From Ptychomitrium polyphyllum (Eukaryota): 64,000 nucleotides of DNA. The notes beneath the pieces are model-generated. The model was not told the origin of the DNA, did no database searches, and saw only the letters and a list, made by a program, of their open reading frames with translations. The stretch covers positions 2,356,001 through 2,420,000 of the forward strand of contig OZ316775.1 of assembly GCA_973851085.1 (NCBI GenBank), written 5' to 3'. Below, piece after piece: positions 25,500 through 37,072 of this stretch. A program made the position numbers and the translations under genes. How positions within the stretch are numbered: the stretch's first letter is position 1; every line of letters starts with the position of its first letter.

Positions 25500-27708
25500 G
25501 ATCATGGACATAGGTCATGCAACATAATTTTTAAAATCCTATAAAACCTTCTGGTATATTATAGTAGCTTTTTAGAATACTTTCAATGTTTCCATAGTTG
25601 TTTCCACATTCTTAGGAAATTTCCTATAAATATTCTACTACCTTAAGAAACTTCCAAGGAAGATTCTAATTCTTAGAAGCTTCTTATGAAGGTTCCATAG
25701 ACTTCTAAAACATTCTTAAGCCTTATTGGAAGCTTCTTTAGAAATATCCTAGGAGATACAAGCATCCATAGTATAAATAGGAGGTAAGAAAAGGTATTCC
25801 TTAGTCTTGCCAACATAAGTTGTAGATCATATTGTATCTTGCCTTCTTCTAGTCTTTATATCAATTTCTTATTAATCATTAGTTTTTTGGATGCTAATTC
25901 TTAGGAAACACTTTGCTTTTGCTTCTTGTTTCTTATGTCCCTAACAGTTTGGCAAGACTACTCTTCAACTCTATCAGAACTGAAGTTTGGCAAGACTACT
26001 CTTCAACTCTATCAGAACTGAAGTTCTTTGAAAAAGAATGTGGATTACTCATTTTCTTTAGGATTCCATAGCTTTGTAAAGAATATACATTACCCTCCTT
26101 TAAGTTGATATCATAATGTTATTTTTTCTTCTAAAAATAAATACCATTTTTTTTTAAGAAAGATCAGTCTTTCAAAGGACGTGGATTAACCTCTTCTAAA
26201 AGTATTCGTAGTCTTCTTATCTTTGATAGTCTTAAATAATGAATAACATGCTTGGAACATCAGAGACTTAGTTTGCAACTATTGCAAACTTTCAAGAGTT
26301 ATTAAAAATAGTTTGAACGAAACTCGCTCGCTCCAACACCACCAACAATTTAGAGCAGTATACTCAGCAAGCTGAAGAATCCAATGGTGATATTCAAAAT
26401 TTATATCAAGAAATTGTTCAATTGCGAGAGGCTAATATTGGAAGAGAATGCTTATGTTGAAATCATGCAGAGACAAAGATTAACATGCCATACAAGTTTG
26501 ATGGATCAAGATCAAAGTTAATAGGTTTTGATCAATAAATAAGGCTCTTCCTTAGTTTGCATCAATCTTCTTATCTTGATGGCACTATTCAAGTGGAATT
26601 TGTAGCCATTCTTCTATCAAACAATGCACTATTGTGATTTGCATCATTAATGGAAAAACAGTCACCATTATTGAACAACTTAGATGCTTTTATGGAAGTA
26701 TTGGTATCTATTTTTAGAGACACCGATTAAGAGAGGGTGGCTAAAATAAGGATCTAGAGTTTATAACAAGGATAGCGCTCAGCTGCCACATATGCTACAG
26801 AGTTTTGATAACTTGCTTGCAGCCTTGATTGGAATAATAAGTCCTTGATTATACAATTTTAATGGAGTCTAAGAAAAAACATGAAGGATTTGCTATTCAC
26901 AATGTCAAAGATTGAAACATTAAACGAATTCATCACTCAAGTAATAGAATGTGACAATAGACTATTTGAAAGATGCTAAGAATAACGCTTAAGATGGCGA
27001 CCAATACATTAAAGTATGACAACCACTTCTTCAAAAGTATTGGAAAGCTGAGCACAAAGACCAGAACCTATGCAAATTGATGCCATCTAATTACGATGTT
27101 TGATTCCAAAAAAAAAAAAAAACGTTGAAGAAGAAATCTTTGTTTGTATTGTGACAAGTCTAGACATTGTCACGGACATAGATCATGCAACATAGTCCTT
27201 AGAACATTCTAGAACCTTCTAGTATACTATAATAGCTTCTTAGAATACTTTTAGATGTCTCCATAGCCTTTCCATGTTCTTAGAAAGTTTTTTAGGAAAA
27301 TTCTTCTACCTTAGGAAACTTCCTAGGAAGATTCCATCACCTTAAGAAACTTCCTTTGAAAGTTCTACCTCTTTAGGAAACTTCCAAGGAAGGTTCGAAC
27401 TCCTTGGAAGCTTCTTAAGAAGGTTCCAATATCTTAGGAAACATCTTGGGAAGATTCCCTAGACTTCCAGAACATTCTTAAGCCTTGTAGGAAGCTTCTT
27501 TAGAAGTATCTTAGGAGATACAAACGTCTTAGTATAAGTAGGAGGCAAGACAAGGTATTCCTTAGTCTTGCCAACACAAGTTGTGGATCATCTTGAATCC
27601 TGCCTTGTTCTAGTCTTTGTTTTAAGTTCTTGTTAATCATTAGCTCTTTGGAAGCTAATTTTTTGGGAAACACTTTGTTTCTGCTTCTTGTTTCTTATTT
27701 CACTAACA
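25500..27708 (+). mobile_element. Nested gag-only Ty3/gypsy LTR element (Tf1/sushi/Tcn1-like gag) inserted in the opposite orientation into the host RNase H
   Basis: LTRs at about 25500-25946 and 27168-27708 both end in ctaaca. TSD CCAAT at 25495-25499 and 27709-27713. Decayed gag reads MPYKFDGSRSKL..QG..SAATYATEF..LACSLDWN..CDNRLFER..PEPMQIDA..NLCLYCDKSRH. Confidence 0.9.
25947..26022 (+). repeat. 38-bp direct tandem duplication covering the PBS position of the nested element
   Basis: gtttggcaagactactcttcaactctatcagaactgaa occurs twice back to back. Confidence 0.9.
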
Positions 27709-30329
27709 CCAATTACATTTGTTGAAGCATTAATATGAACTTAAAAAAATAAGTCTAAATCCGCAATTAAAAATATTAGAACATAACTTTAAATATCTTA
27801 TAAGCATGAAAAGGAAGCTTGACAATCAAATGTTCATCTAAATTTGACTCTTTGCTTAAAGAAATTAGTTAATGATAAATTTTTATAATGAAAATAATAT
27901 ACATATTCTTAATATCAATTAGCTAAATTCAAAAAATATTTTAATTCATGAATGTTCTTTTGGAATCATCCATACTTGAATTGCCTGAATTTTTTTTGGA
28001 TCCACTTCTTTGCTTAAAGAACTTAATATATGACGTAGGAATGCAATCTTTAATTTTTAAAACTCACACATATTCATTTTGGCAGATAATCTATTGTTCA
28101 CAAAAATTAGAAGGGTAATTCATAAATGCTCTAAATGGTCGGCTATAGAATACAACATGTATTTGATCTAAAATATCATCAATGCAAAATAAAGGATTTT
28201 TTTTTTAATAATAGCTTTATTTGAAGCTCTATAATCTATACACAAACTTCATATCATTTTTTTTTGTTACAAATAAATTGAAAGTTCCAAATGGTGATTT
28301 TAAAAGCCAAATTAATCCTTTAAATATGAATTTATGTAATTAACTTTTCAATTAGCAAATTTTTCAAAAACTTAAACAATAAGGAGCCTTAATCATTGAT
28401 TGAGTGCCAAAAAGCAATTCAATATTATGTTCAATTTCTTTACAAGGAGAAAGTTCATTAAGTAATTTAATTGAAAATACTATTGAATATTTTTTTTAAA
28501 TTTTAAAGTTCAAATGAAGAAACTTTTGTATCATCAGACTTTATATTATTTGTCACATTTTTAAATAAATATAATAGGTCATTTGGTTGGCTGTGTCCAA
28601 ACAATTTTTTTGTCTTAATAATTGACAATAAAAATTCCTTGATTTGTTAACCAACAATTCCTTGTAATATATGATATAAATTTTTATTTTTATCTCATAA
28701 ATAGCTTGGTGCTTACTTAAAAAAAAACATCATAATTTTATAAAGGAACTACAGTAAAATTCACTTAACCGAGAAAATTGCTAATTTTAATTGATAAATT
28801 TTGAAAAAAAGTAGTACGTTATTCTAAATAACTTGTTGCAAGCTTCATATTTATCGCTTCAATTGTAAAACTTTGAACTTCAAGATTTTTGACAACTTGT
28901 TCCAAAATAAAATTGTGAATAGTTCTTGTATCCAAAAAAAAAAGATAATAATTTTTTCCATAAATATATCCATAAATTTGGATTAATTTTATTGAATAGA
29001 TGGAATACTTTGAATTTTGGTGTTGATGGCAAATCTAAGTTTTATAAATTTTGATTAAATATGAATTATGCTTATTTGAGTACCACGTGTAGTACCAATT
29101 GTAAATTATTGAATTCTTTGCTAGAGTTAGTTGCAACATTGACTTCCTTTTTAAGTTCAAATAGAGAATTAGGACAATCATAAGACAAATGTCCATATTC
29201 ATTACAATTAAAACATTTGGGTCATTTTTTAAAAACTATTATACTTAGTATTAATAATTTTTATAAAATCTTATTCCTTAAATTTATTTTTACTTGGTTT
29301 ATTTTTAGTTTAAAAAAATTAATCCTAAAGATTTATTAGAGTTACAAAGTAAAGATGTACTTGATTGATAATTAGATGTTGATTTAATTCCTTTTTTTTT
29401 TTTTTTTTTCATAACATCAATTATCACTTCTATTTTCATACAATTCTCCAAGTAATTATGATCATATTCATAGCCTTATAAATAATCATTCCTATACATG
29501 AGTTTTTGTAATGCTATTGGTTTTTTTTCTATTTCCCTTTTAATAATTGGCTTCAAACTATAAACGAATCAAACCAATCAATTTAAAATCACTCATATCT
29601 TTTACACTTAACATGAATATTTGTTAGGTTGTAATATAATCACGTACTTTACCTACTTATTGAATTTTATACCACTACTCATAGAATCACCATGTGGCAT
29701 TTATGGGAGTAAATTCTTTTTCAAATAGTTCTTAAAAAGATGCCCAATTGTGAGGAAACCATCTTATGATAGTCATGCCATCTCCGCATGGACTCCATCC
29801 AATAATGGGCAACATATACTCCAAAATAAATTGCAGCAAATAAAATCTAATCCTTTTCATCATCAATGTTTATATAACAACATGTTGCTCTATAAAAAAT
29901 AACCATATTTTAACAAAAAAATTGTTTTTCTTATTATAAAGAGCAGAAGGCTTATTTGCTTAAATTCTTTTAATGTCTATATGATCATTATCATGAATCC
30001 AGAATCCTTGCTTCTTCTTTTTAAGAATTGAAAAATTTCTTTTCATTTCTTTTAAATCTTTTAAAAAAAATCAACTTTCATTAAAAAAGCCATGGTATTA
30101 AAAGACACTTCTTAATACAAATTTGATAATTTTGTATCACTTATTTGGAAATTTGCCAAAGCATTGCAAAATTCTTTACGATGCTTTTGACACAAAATTT
30201 GTTGCAATAGAGCTTCTTCATACAATTGTCTATCAAACTCATGTTGAAATCAACACTATTATCAAATGGAAAACATTGCTTAGGCGGCATTTTACTATTC
30301 TAAAAATAAATAAATTTATTTTGCTACCA

Positions 30330-30562
30330 TATAATATATAATATATATCTATTTCTTTATTAATTCCATAACATACATTATGTAAAGTTTCTCAAATATA
30401 TAACCTTTTTTCTTTCTTCTAGCTCTTTATATCTTTTATTTATATTTTTTCAAACTTATATATCCTAAAAGTAGATAACTCTTAGTTTTAAGAATTACCA
30501 CTTATAGAATATAATGTAATAAGTCCAACTTAAGGTAAGAAATTTAAATTAATTTCATCACA
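30330..30562 (-). repeat. 5' LTR of the host chromovirus
   Basis: Begins TGTGATGAA on the minus strand, is followed by TGGTAGCA and is similar to 23407-23659. Confidence 0.75.
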
Positions 30563-31548
30563 TGGAGGGTCTTATTGCCTCTGAAAACTTTAAAAATTTT
30601 AAAAGCATAACAAATGTATGTTTAATAAATTTGATTATTTCTTAGAAATTGGAACTTTATAAAGTTATTCCATCTAAAACCTGAATTTACATGTGCAACA
30701 AATTACTTAAAGCTATAGCCATGAAAAATATCTTATAAAAGACATGGCTATAAAAAATAAACTTAAAATCAAAAGATACCACAAAAAAATACCACATTCA
30801 TTTCATTTTGTTAATCTCATAAAATCACCAACTTACCCATTAGAAGTCTCTTCACAAAATTTATCAAAGATTCAAAAAGTATAGTTTTACTAAATTTAGA
30901 CCTTTTCATGAAAGATGTTCAATACTTGTAAAATCATTGTTGACAAGAATGTCAAACTTCCATATTAGTGGCACAAAATCATCTTCGACTCCACAAAAAA
31001 GAAGTATTCCAATATCCGATTCTTAAATGACACATCCTTGAAATCATATTCGGGTTATGAAATCATGGACTGTTGCTCCATCTTTCCTTCAATACCTTCC
31101 TTAACGCTTGGTGCTACAACATCCAACCAAAAGGCTGGACTATGAGTTGCACTTTAGCAGCAGCGGTGTGCCTCTAGTGTAGTGTGTGGGCGTGGGCGTG
31201 GCCTCACAACAGAACACTACCCACGCCCACGCCACCCGCTCACCCGCGCACCCTGTGCCGTTCCAACCCCCACGCCCGTGCAGGGCAACGGTGCCGGCCA
31301 CGCCACCCGCTCACCCTTTGTCGTCCAACCCCCACTACCGTGCAAGGGCACGGCGCCGGCCGCGCCAACCGCTGGCTCGTTGCCATTTCGTCCCGCCATG
31401 CCCAGGCATGGCCATGGTGTGCAGTGCACCACCAGGGTGCACCGACGCCCACTCGCCTTCCGAATGCACTTATGTGCACATCGTAGCGCTACGACAGTGC
31501 TCTCTGATCTCTCATGCTTCAGTCTGGATTATGCATTGGGGTTTTAGC

Positions 31549-31644
31549 AGAGAAGAGAAGAGAAGGGAAGGGAAGGGAAGGGAAGGGAAGGGAAGGGAAG
31601 GGAAGGGAAGGGAAGGGAAGGGAAGGGAAGGGAAGGGAAGGGAA
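31549..31644. repeat. Polypurine microsatellite (AGAGA)3 then about 16 x (GGGAA)
   Basis: Read directly; lies about 310 bp upstream of the PPR-SMR start codon. Confidence 0.97.
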
Positions 31645-31957
31645 TGGAATTTGCAGCACCAGGAGTGGCCTCCTATTCTTTGTGTTACCACTTTCGGTTC
31701 TGTTTGCTCATTCTTCCTTGAAGGCCCAGTCGAACATCGCAGTGCCATAAGTTCCTGATGTCTCATCGTTCCACTCTGGATCATGTTTTTTGGGATGAGT
31801 ATCTGGGATTAGTGCTGCACTGAGCAAAGTGAGATGGTTTGTTGTTTCTTTGTGGATGCAGTTGGTAGGCACGAGGCTTTAGGGTTTAAGGGTTTTGGAG
31901 GTCAGGCACTTGGAAGGGATGGTCGTCGCAATTCACCACCACTAGGCGTTTGCTCTC

Positions 31958-34900
31958 ATGGGGCCGTTGCGCCTGACCCTCCAGCATCTCGTGACATGCC
32001 CCTGTTTCCCGCCGTACGTGGTGCCGCATCGCTGGGGTACGGCGGTGCGGTTGTGCATCCGCAGGTTAGCTCAGACCAGCTGTATGGATTACGAGAATGA
32101 GAGTACCGCGGTGGAGTATTCCGGGTTAGCGCTTCGCCCCTACTGGGTCAGTCGGGAGAAGCATGCCCACTCGCGAGAGGAGGAGAAGGAGAAGCTCGTA
32201 AGTCAGGTGGTGGGGATTGCTGATCAGGGGACGGTGAAGGAGGTTTTGAGTTGCTGGGTCCGGAGCGTTGGATCCCGGCGGACGGGAGTTCTGCAGGAGA
32301 ATTCTGCCATTGGGGCGAGGTATGTGCGTTATGAGCAAGTGGCGAGGACGGTGAACGCGGTTTTACAGGATTTAGGGCGGAAGGGCTATTCGACTGCTGC
32401 ACTGCAAGTTTTTCAGTGGATGCAGCTCCAGGGGTGGTGTAGGTTGGACCCACATTTGTATACTACGGTGATTGATGCGTTGGGGAGCGCGGGGTGTTTG
32501 GATTTGGCGGAGAGGATTTTTACTGATATGGATGAGTCGGTGCTGAAAGACACGGTGTTATATAATTCTCTTTTGCATGCTCGAAGCAAAGCAGGGCAGG
32601 TGGAAGCGTCTGTTGAACTATTTAATTCTATGAAAGAGAACAATTGTAGGCCCGATTTATATACTTACAACACGATTATGAATATGCACGTGAAGGCCGA
32701 TACTGGCCTGTCCAAAGTGCTTTCCCTATTTAAAGAGATGTGTTTGCAAGGGATACAACCAGATGTGGTATCGTATGACATTCTCCTGGCTGCTTGTGCT
32801 TCCAAGGAGCACGTCAAGGAGGCGCAGCGGATTTTTGATGCTATGAAGAAGCGGCGAGTCAAACCTACAGTAGTAACCTATACATCACTTATCACCGTCT
32901 ATGCGAACACGGGTATGTGTTTTGAACGCAATCTATTGTGTGTATATGCACCTGAACTGCCTCTTACAAATGTACGATTTCATAGAGGCTGTAAGCGCGC
33001 GCTGGTGTACGTTATTGGTGTCGAGCTTGTCAGGATTTCAAGTTCTTGATTGCTTTATACTCTGTAATTATCTGCACGCCTGGAATAACAGTTGTTGAAT
33101 TGTGTCATGTTTCTTTAAACGAACCTGTTGAACTCTGCAATTCGAATCTACATTTTCTAAATTGCAAGGTTCTGGTGAACCATTAGATTCTGGTTTGATT
33201 TATCCTTCTCTGGTATCATCGAGGGAGAACGTTGAACAATTACGTGATGCTATAAAAGCTCATGAACATTTTTTGCTTACTTAACCTATATTCTGGGTAA
33301 CGCTTAAATATTGTTTGTCCTCACCGCGCTTGACATTGCTGATGTGAATTAAGTTCAGTGTTAGTGTATTGTTTGTAACCCATTTGAATTTTGGACTGCT
33401 CAATATTAGTGGTCACCTGGGTATGCGGACTACTTGAGTTGAAGGGTTTTGTTTCACACTCTCATGGACATTATTGTGTTAAATTTTGCAGGAGATTTTC
33501 GTTCAGCTGTGCAAGTATTTGGTGAGATGACGGCAGAGAAGTGCAAACCGAATGTGAAGACTTTTACATCACTAATAAATGCTTGCAGGAGAGGTGGGCA
33601 CATTGAAGAGGCTCAATCAGTATTTGAGGCAATGAAAGAGTATGGTGTGAAACCAAATGTCATGACATATAATGCTTTGATTAATGTCTATACTGAGCGG
33701 GGTGAACAGGGTCGTGCACAAAGTGTCTTCCTTGAGATGGTACAAGCTGGGCTTCAACCTACCGGTGTGTCATTTACAGTCCTTATGTCCAGCTTCAAGG
33801 CAACTGGAGCTTTTAAAGATGTGAGTGTACAACTGTAAACTTAGTCATGTTAAATTCACTCTTTCGATGTTCGGCCCAAGTCGAATTTATGAGTATGAAA
33901 ATGTATCGTGTATTTCTTTGTAACATCTAGCGTATTTTTAACTTCCAATTTACTAGTTTAGTTCTTAAAGGTTACTGGCGATTGGTGCTGGTGTTGGAGA
34001 ATACATGGTTATTAGCCTGATTGTAAAACTACAGGACATGTTAGTCTACTAATGCTTTTATATGCTATGAAAACTAAATGAATATCTGTTTGAGTTGTAG
34101 TTTATACTCCTAAACCTGATTATCTGCTCCATTGCAGGCATTATCTATATATAATCAGGCAAAGCAGTTTAATATTGTCTGTAGTGTACAGACCTATACT
34201 GAGGCTCTGGACACTTGCGCAAAGGCCAAGAATATTGCAGGAATGACTAGAGTTTTGGATGATATGAGAGCAGCAGCATGTATGCCAAATGCTGTGACAT
34301 GTACCGTGCTGCTTGTAGCTCTCAGTTCGAAGTGTTCTAACAACATCGAAGTTTCTAATCTGCTTTGTTCATTGGAAGGCTTCGATTCAAATCTTGCACA
34401 ATGTTGTCATTGTCTGCTGACTGATTCATCGAAGACTAATCAAGAGGTACACTTTCTTCGTTGACGAAGCCTGAGCTATTCAGTATAAATTCCTTTGAAA
34501 GTTAGCTTTGTTCTGCATTATATCTAGTAGATATTTGCAAATGATCTCTTGCGCTTTTATTCAATCTGACGAATTTTTGCATACTACAATTGCAGGTGAT
34601 CAAGATTTTGGGCAGATGTTTTAGTACTATTAAGAAAGGGGATGTAAAAGCTTGGACTGCTCTAAGCTCTTCTCTTTTAGATGCTCTTTGGGTACTGGGC
34701 TGGTATTGGCGTGCTGCGTTAGCATTAGGTTGGCTATGTGAAAACAGCAACATTCACGATGGTTTCTGTACGGTGACGCCTATCGAATGGAAGTTGGATG
34801 TGCGCCGTCTTTCTTCTGGAGGTGCTGCTGTAGCTTTGTACCAGTGGCTTGCTCACCTTCTCCAAGTTGCACAACAGATAGATCTTTTAGGATATAGTGA

Positions 34901-35279
34901 CGCTGAAGAGGAATCAAGCACATCCGGTAATAATGAAGGGTCGGCAGCCGTTTCTATTTGGAAGGATAATACTAGATTGGAGGAATCAAATTTGAAGATT
35001 GAAGTCACAGTGCCGTTTTTGCCTTCACAGGCACAGAAAGCCTTTCCCAGATTTGTGACTGTAGTTAGTGGATGGGGAAAACTAAGCAAAGAAGAGGGTA
35101 GATCACAAGTGAAATCAGGTATTGAAAAGGAGATTATCAAGCTTGGGGTTCCCTTTCGATTATCAAATGACGTAGGAAGATGGACAGCAAATGGGGAGGC
35201 ACTCTTGCGATGGCTTCTAAGACCTGAAACACCTTCTCGTCTAGTCTTATGGGATATGGCAGCAAGAAATTCTCGCTGA
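31958..35279 (+). CDS. P-class pentatricopeptide repeat protein with C-terminal SMR domain (PPR-SMR), about 758 aa
   Basis: Exons 31958-32912, 33492-33820, 34138-34446, 34596-35279 (GT-AG, in phase). There are multiple 35-aa motifs such as PDLYTYNTIMN, PDVVSYDILL and PNVMTYNALIN. The SMR domain reads WKLDVRRLSSGGAAVALYQWL..VTVVSGWGKLS..LGVPF..GR..LRWL. Confidence 0.92.
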
Positions 35280-36681
35280 GGTTAATTTTCATTTCCTGGT
35301 AATCTCATTGTATACATTACATACGTATCGACTGGCAGTTGCTGAATGACTGCGTGCGACCTCCACATTGGTACTATTTACCGTTTGAACGTCCATTTGC
35401 TTCACCAACGGAAGTAGTATTCGAAGATTTTTACAATGATCCATTCTTCAAACTTGTTGGTGTGGATGAATGCAATGTAAATTGCTTCATATGATCAACT
35501 TTACAGTGCATTCCTGTTGGGGTGCCATCAGAATCTCGTGCCAGCGACCATTATTTGAATTGTCTGTCCCTACGGTAAGTAGCCTGCGTCTCTCTGATCT
35601 ACAGAGCGTATTTCTATTACGTACTGTTGTGACGTTTTCTACATAATCAGTCTTCAATAAGATTGGAACCTGAAATTTTCATAATTATCCAGTTATTTAA
35701 TCAGCTTATTTTATATCTTCTTGATCAATCATCCACTTACAGGAGAGCCTCACATTGTTTTCTGAATGGATTATAAGAGGTTAGTCTAGTTTTAAGAATT
35801 TACGATTCATTAATTCTTCTGTTTCAATTGTATAGGATCTGAACGACGTGGGGGAAGAGGATGCCAGTATGTTTCAAATCAATAAATTGCATGGGCAAAG
35901 TTTTAGTAGTATTTCCCCGAGTATGGCTCAGATGAGCCATAACTTAGTACTGCAAAAGGGATGGTTGGTTATGAGTTTTAAGCTTTGGGAAATGCTCGCG
36001 GGGTTGCCATGTCCATCCAGTGTGATATGACCTTACTGCTTTTACTTGGAGGTACGTATAGTGAGATAGCCAGCTGTCTATGATCATTTATTACTTTTGA
36101 AGTTCAGAATTCTGAACATTTGTCACGGACGTTGTTGAAAACTGAGCTGTGCTTTCCATCTGCATGTAAGTCAGACTCAATATGGAACTGAAAAATTCAG
36201 GCAGATTCTAGGGAGTTATGTAAAGTCTGTCGTGTTCATGCTTATGAAAGAGTCGAGGCAATTCCTGATTACATGCGTTGCACTCAGTTTACTATGACCC
36301 TGTCAATTGGGTAGCGGGGATATTGAGTTGATTCAGGTGTTCATCTGCAGCTATTCTTGTTGTCCTTATGACTCTTATCCTATTCAGAGCTCACCGTCAC
36401 AGCTTTTTTTCTTTTACGGTCGTTGATGTAGTACCTAGTCTCCTTTTTGCAAAATGATGAGAAATTGAGGACGAAGGTTTTTGCTCTGCTTTGACTATCG
36501 AACACAAAGTGCTTGCCTTAAGCAGATCAAAACAATCCTAGGTGCTGATTGACGAAGGCATCTGCATCAACAGGAATAAGAGGTTCTGTGCTTCGTTCAA
36601 TATTACACCCTGAATGTCTATGATAGAGTCAAGCATCTTGATAGCATAGCAAGGGCTAACTTCCAAATTCTACACAATAAT

Positions 36682-37072
36682 TGTAGAACCAGTTTTAGGG
36701 ACTGAGAACAACCTCTGGTTGGTTGCTACCCTATAACCAATTGGGTATGATTGAGTGGGCTCTTTGATTTATTCCACGTTGCCTTATCCTTCCCATATAA
36801 GGAAATAATGGAGAGTATTGTAAATAATTCTCTAAAATGTGAGTTCAACCTAGTAATCACGTTCAGTAACTTATCCCTATTTCTTTTGATTTCCCTTATC
36901 TGTGTTTGTATTTTTAATGTTACATGTATTTGTCTCTCATATTTCCTTTGTGGTTGCTCTTGTGCACAACCAGATTGATAAAACACCCTTCTGTTGGTGT
37001 GCAATCCTGCTTCCCTAAGTAGAGGTGAGGGTCCACTTTCGAAGTCCATGATGAGTACTTACATTGGTACCA
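36682..37072 (+). mobile_element. Possible isolated LTR with adjacent PBS-like motif (truncated retroelement)
   Basis: Segment bounded by TGTA (36682) and TACA (37063), followed by tTGGTACCA; no partner LTR or TSD seen. Confidence 0.4.

Larger units (their letters stand above)
23407..30562 (-). mobile_element. Degenerate Ty3/gypsy chromovirus-type LTR retrotransposon (gag-PR-RT-RH-INT-chromodomain, many stops and frameshifts)
   Basis: Similar LTRs lie at about 23407-23659 and 30330-30562. A polypurine tract adjoins 23660 and a TGGTAGCA PBS-like motif lies at about 30322-30329 (minus strand). Remnants: gag knuckle KCFNCNEYGHLSYDCP (~29175-29220), RNase H NASTNVIGAVL..VAYES..AEKNY, integrase HHCC HNSS..HFG..YFWPNM..CLTCQ (~24830-24965), AYALQLP..KIHNVFHI and chromodomain FEVESILD..LVVWKGY (~23750-24020). 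No TSD was recognised. Confidence 0.9.

Noticed and set aside
31182..31784. ORFs containing REGKG / PFPSL repeats
   Set aside because: Translations of the GGGAA microsatellite and a GC-rich leader; no domain signal
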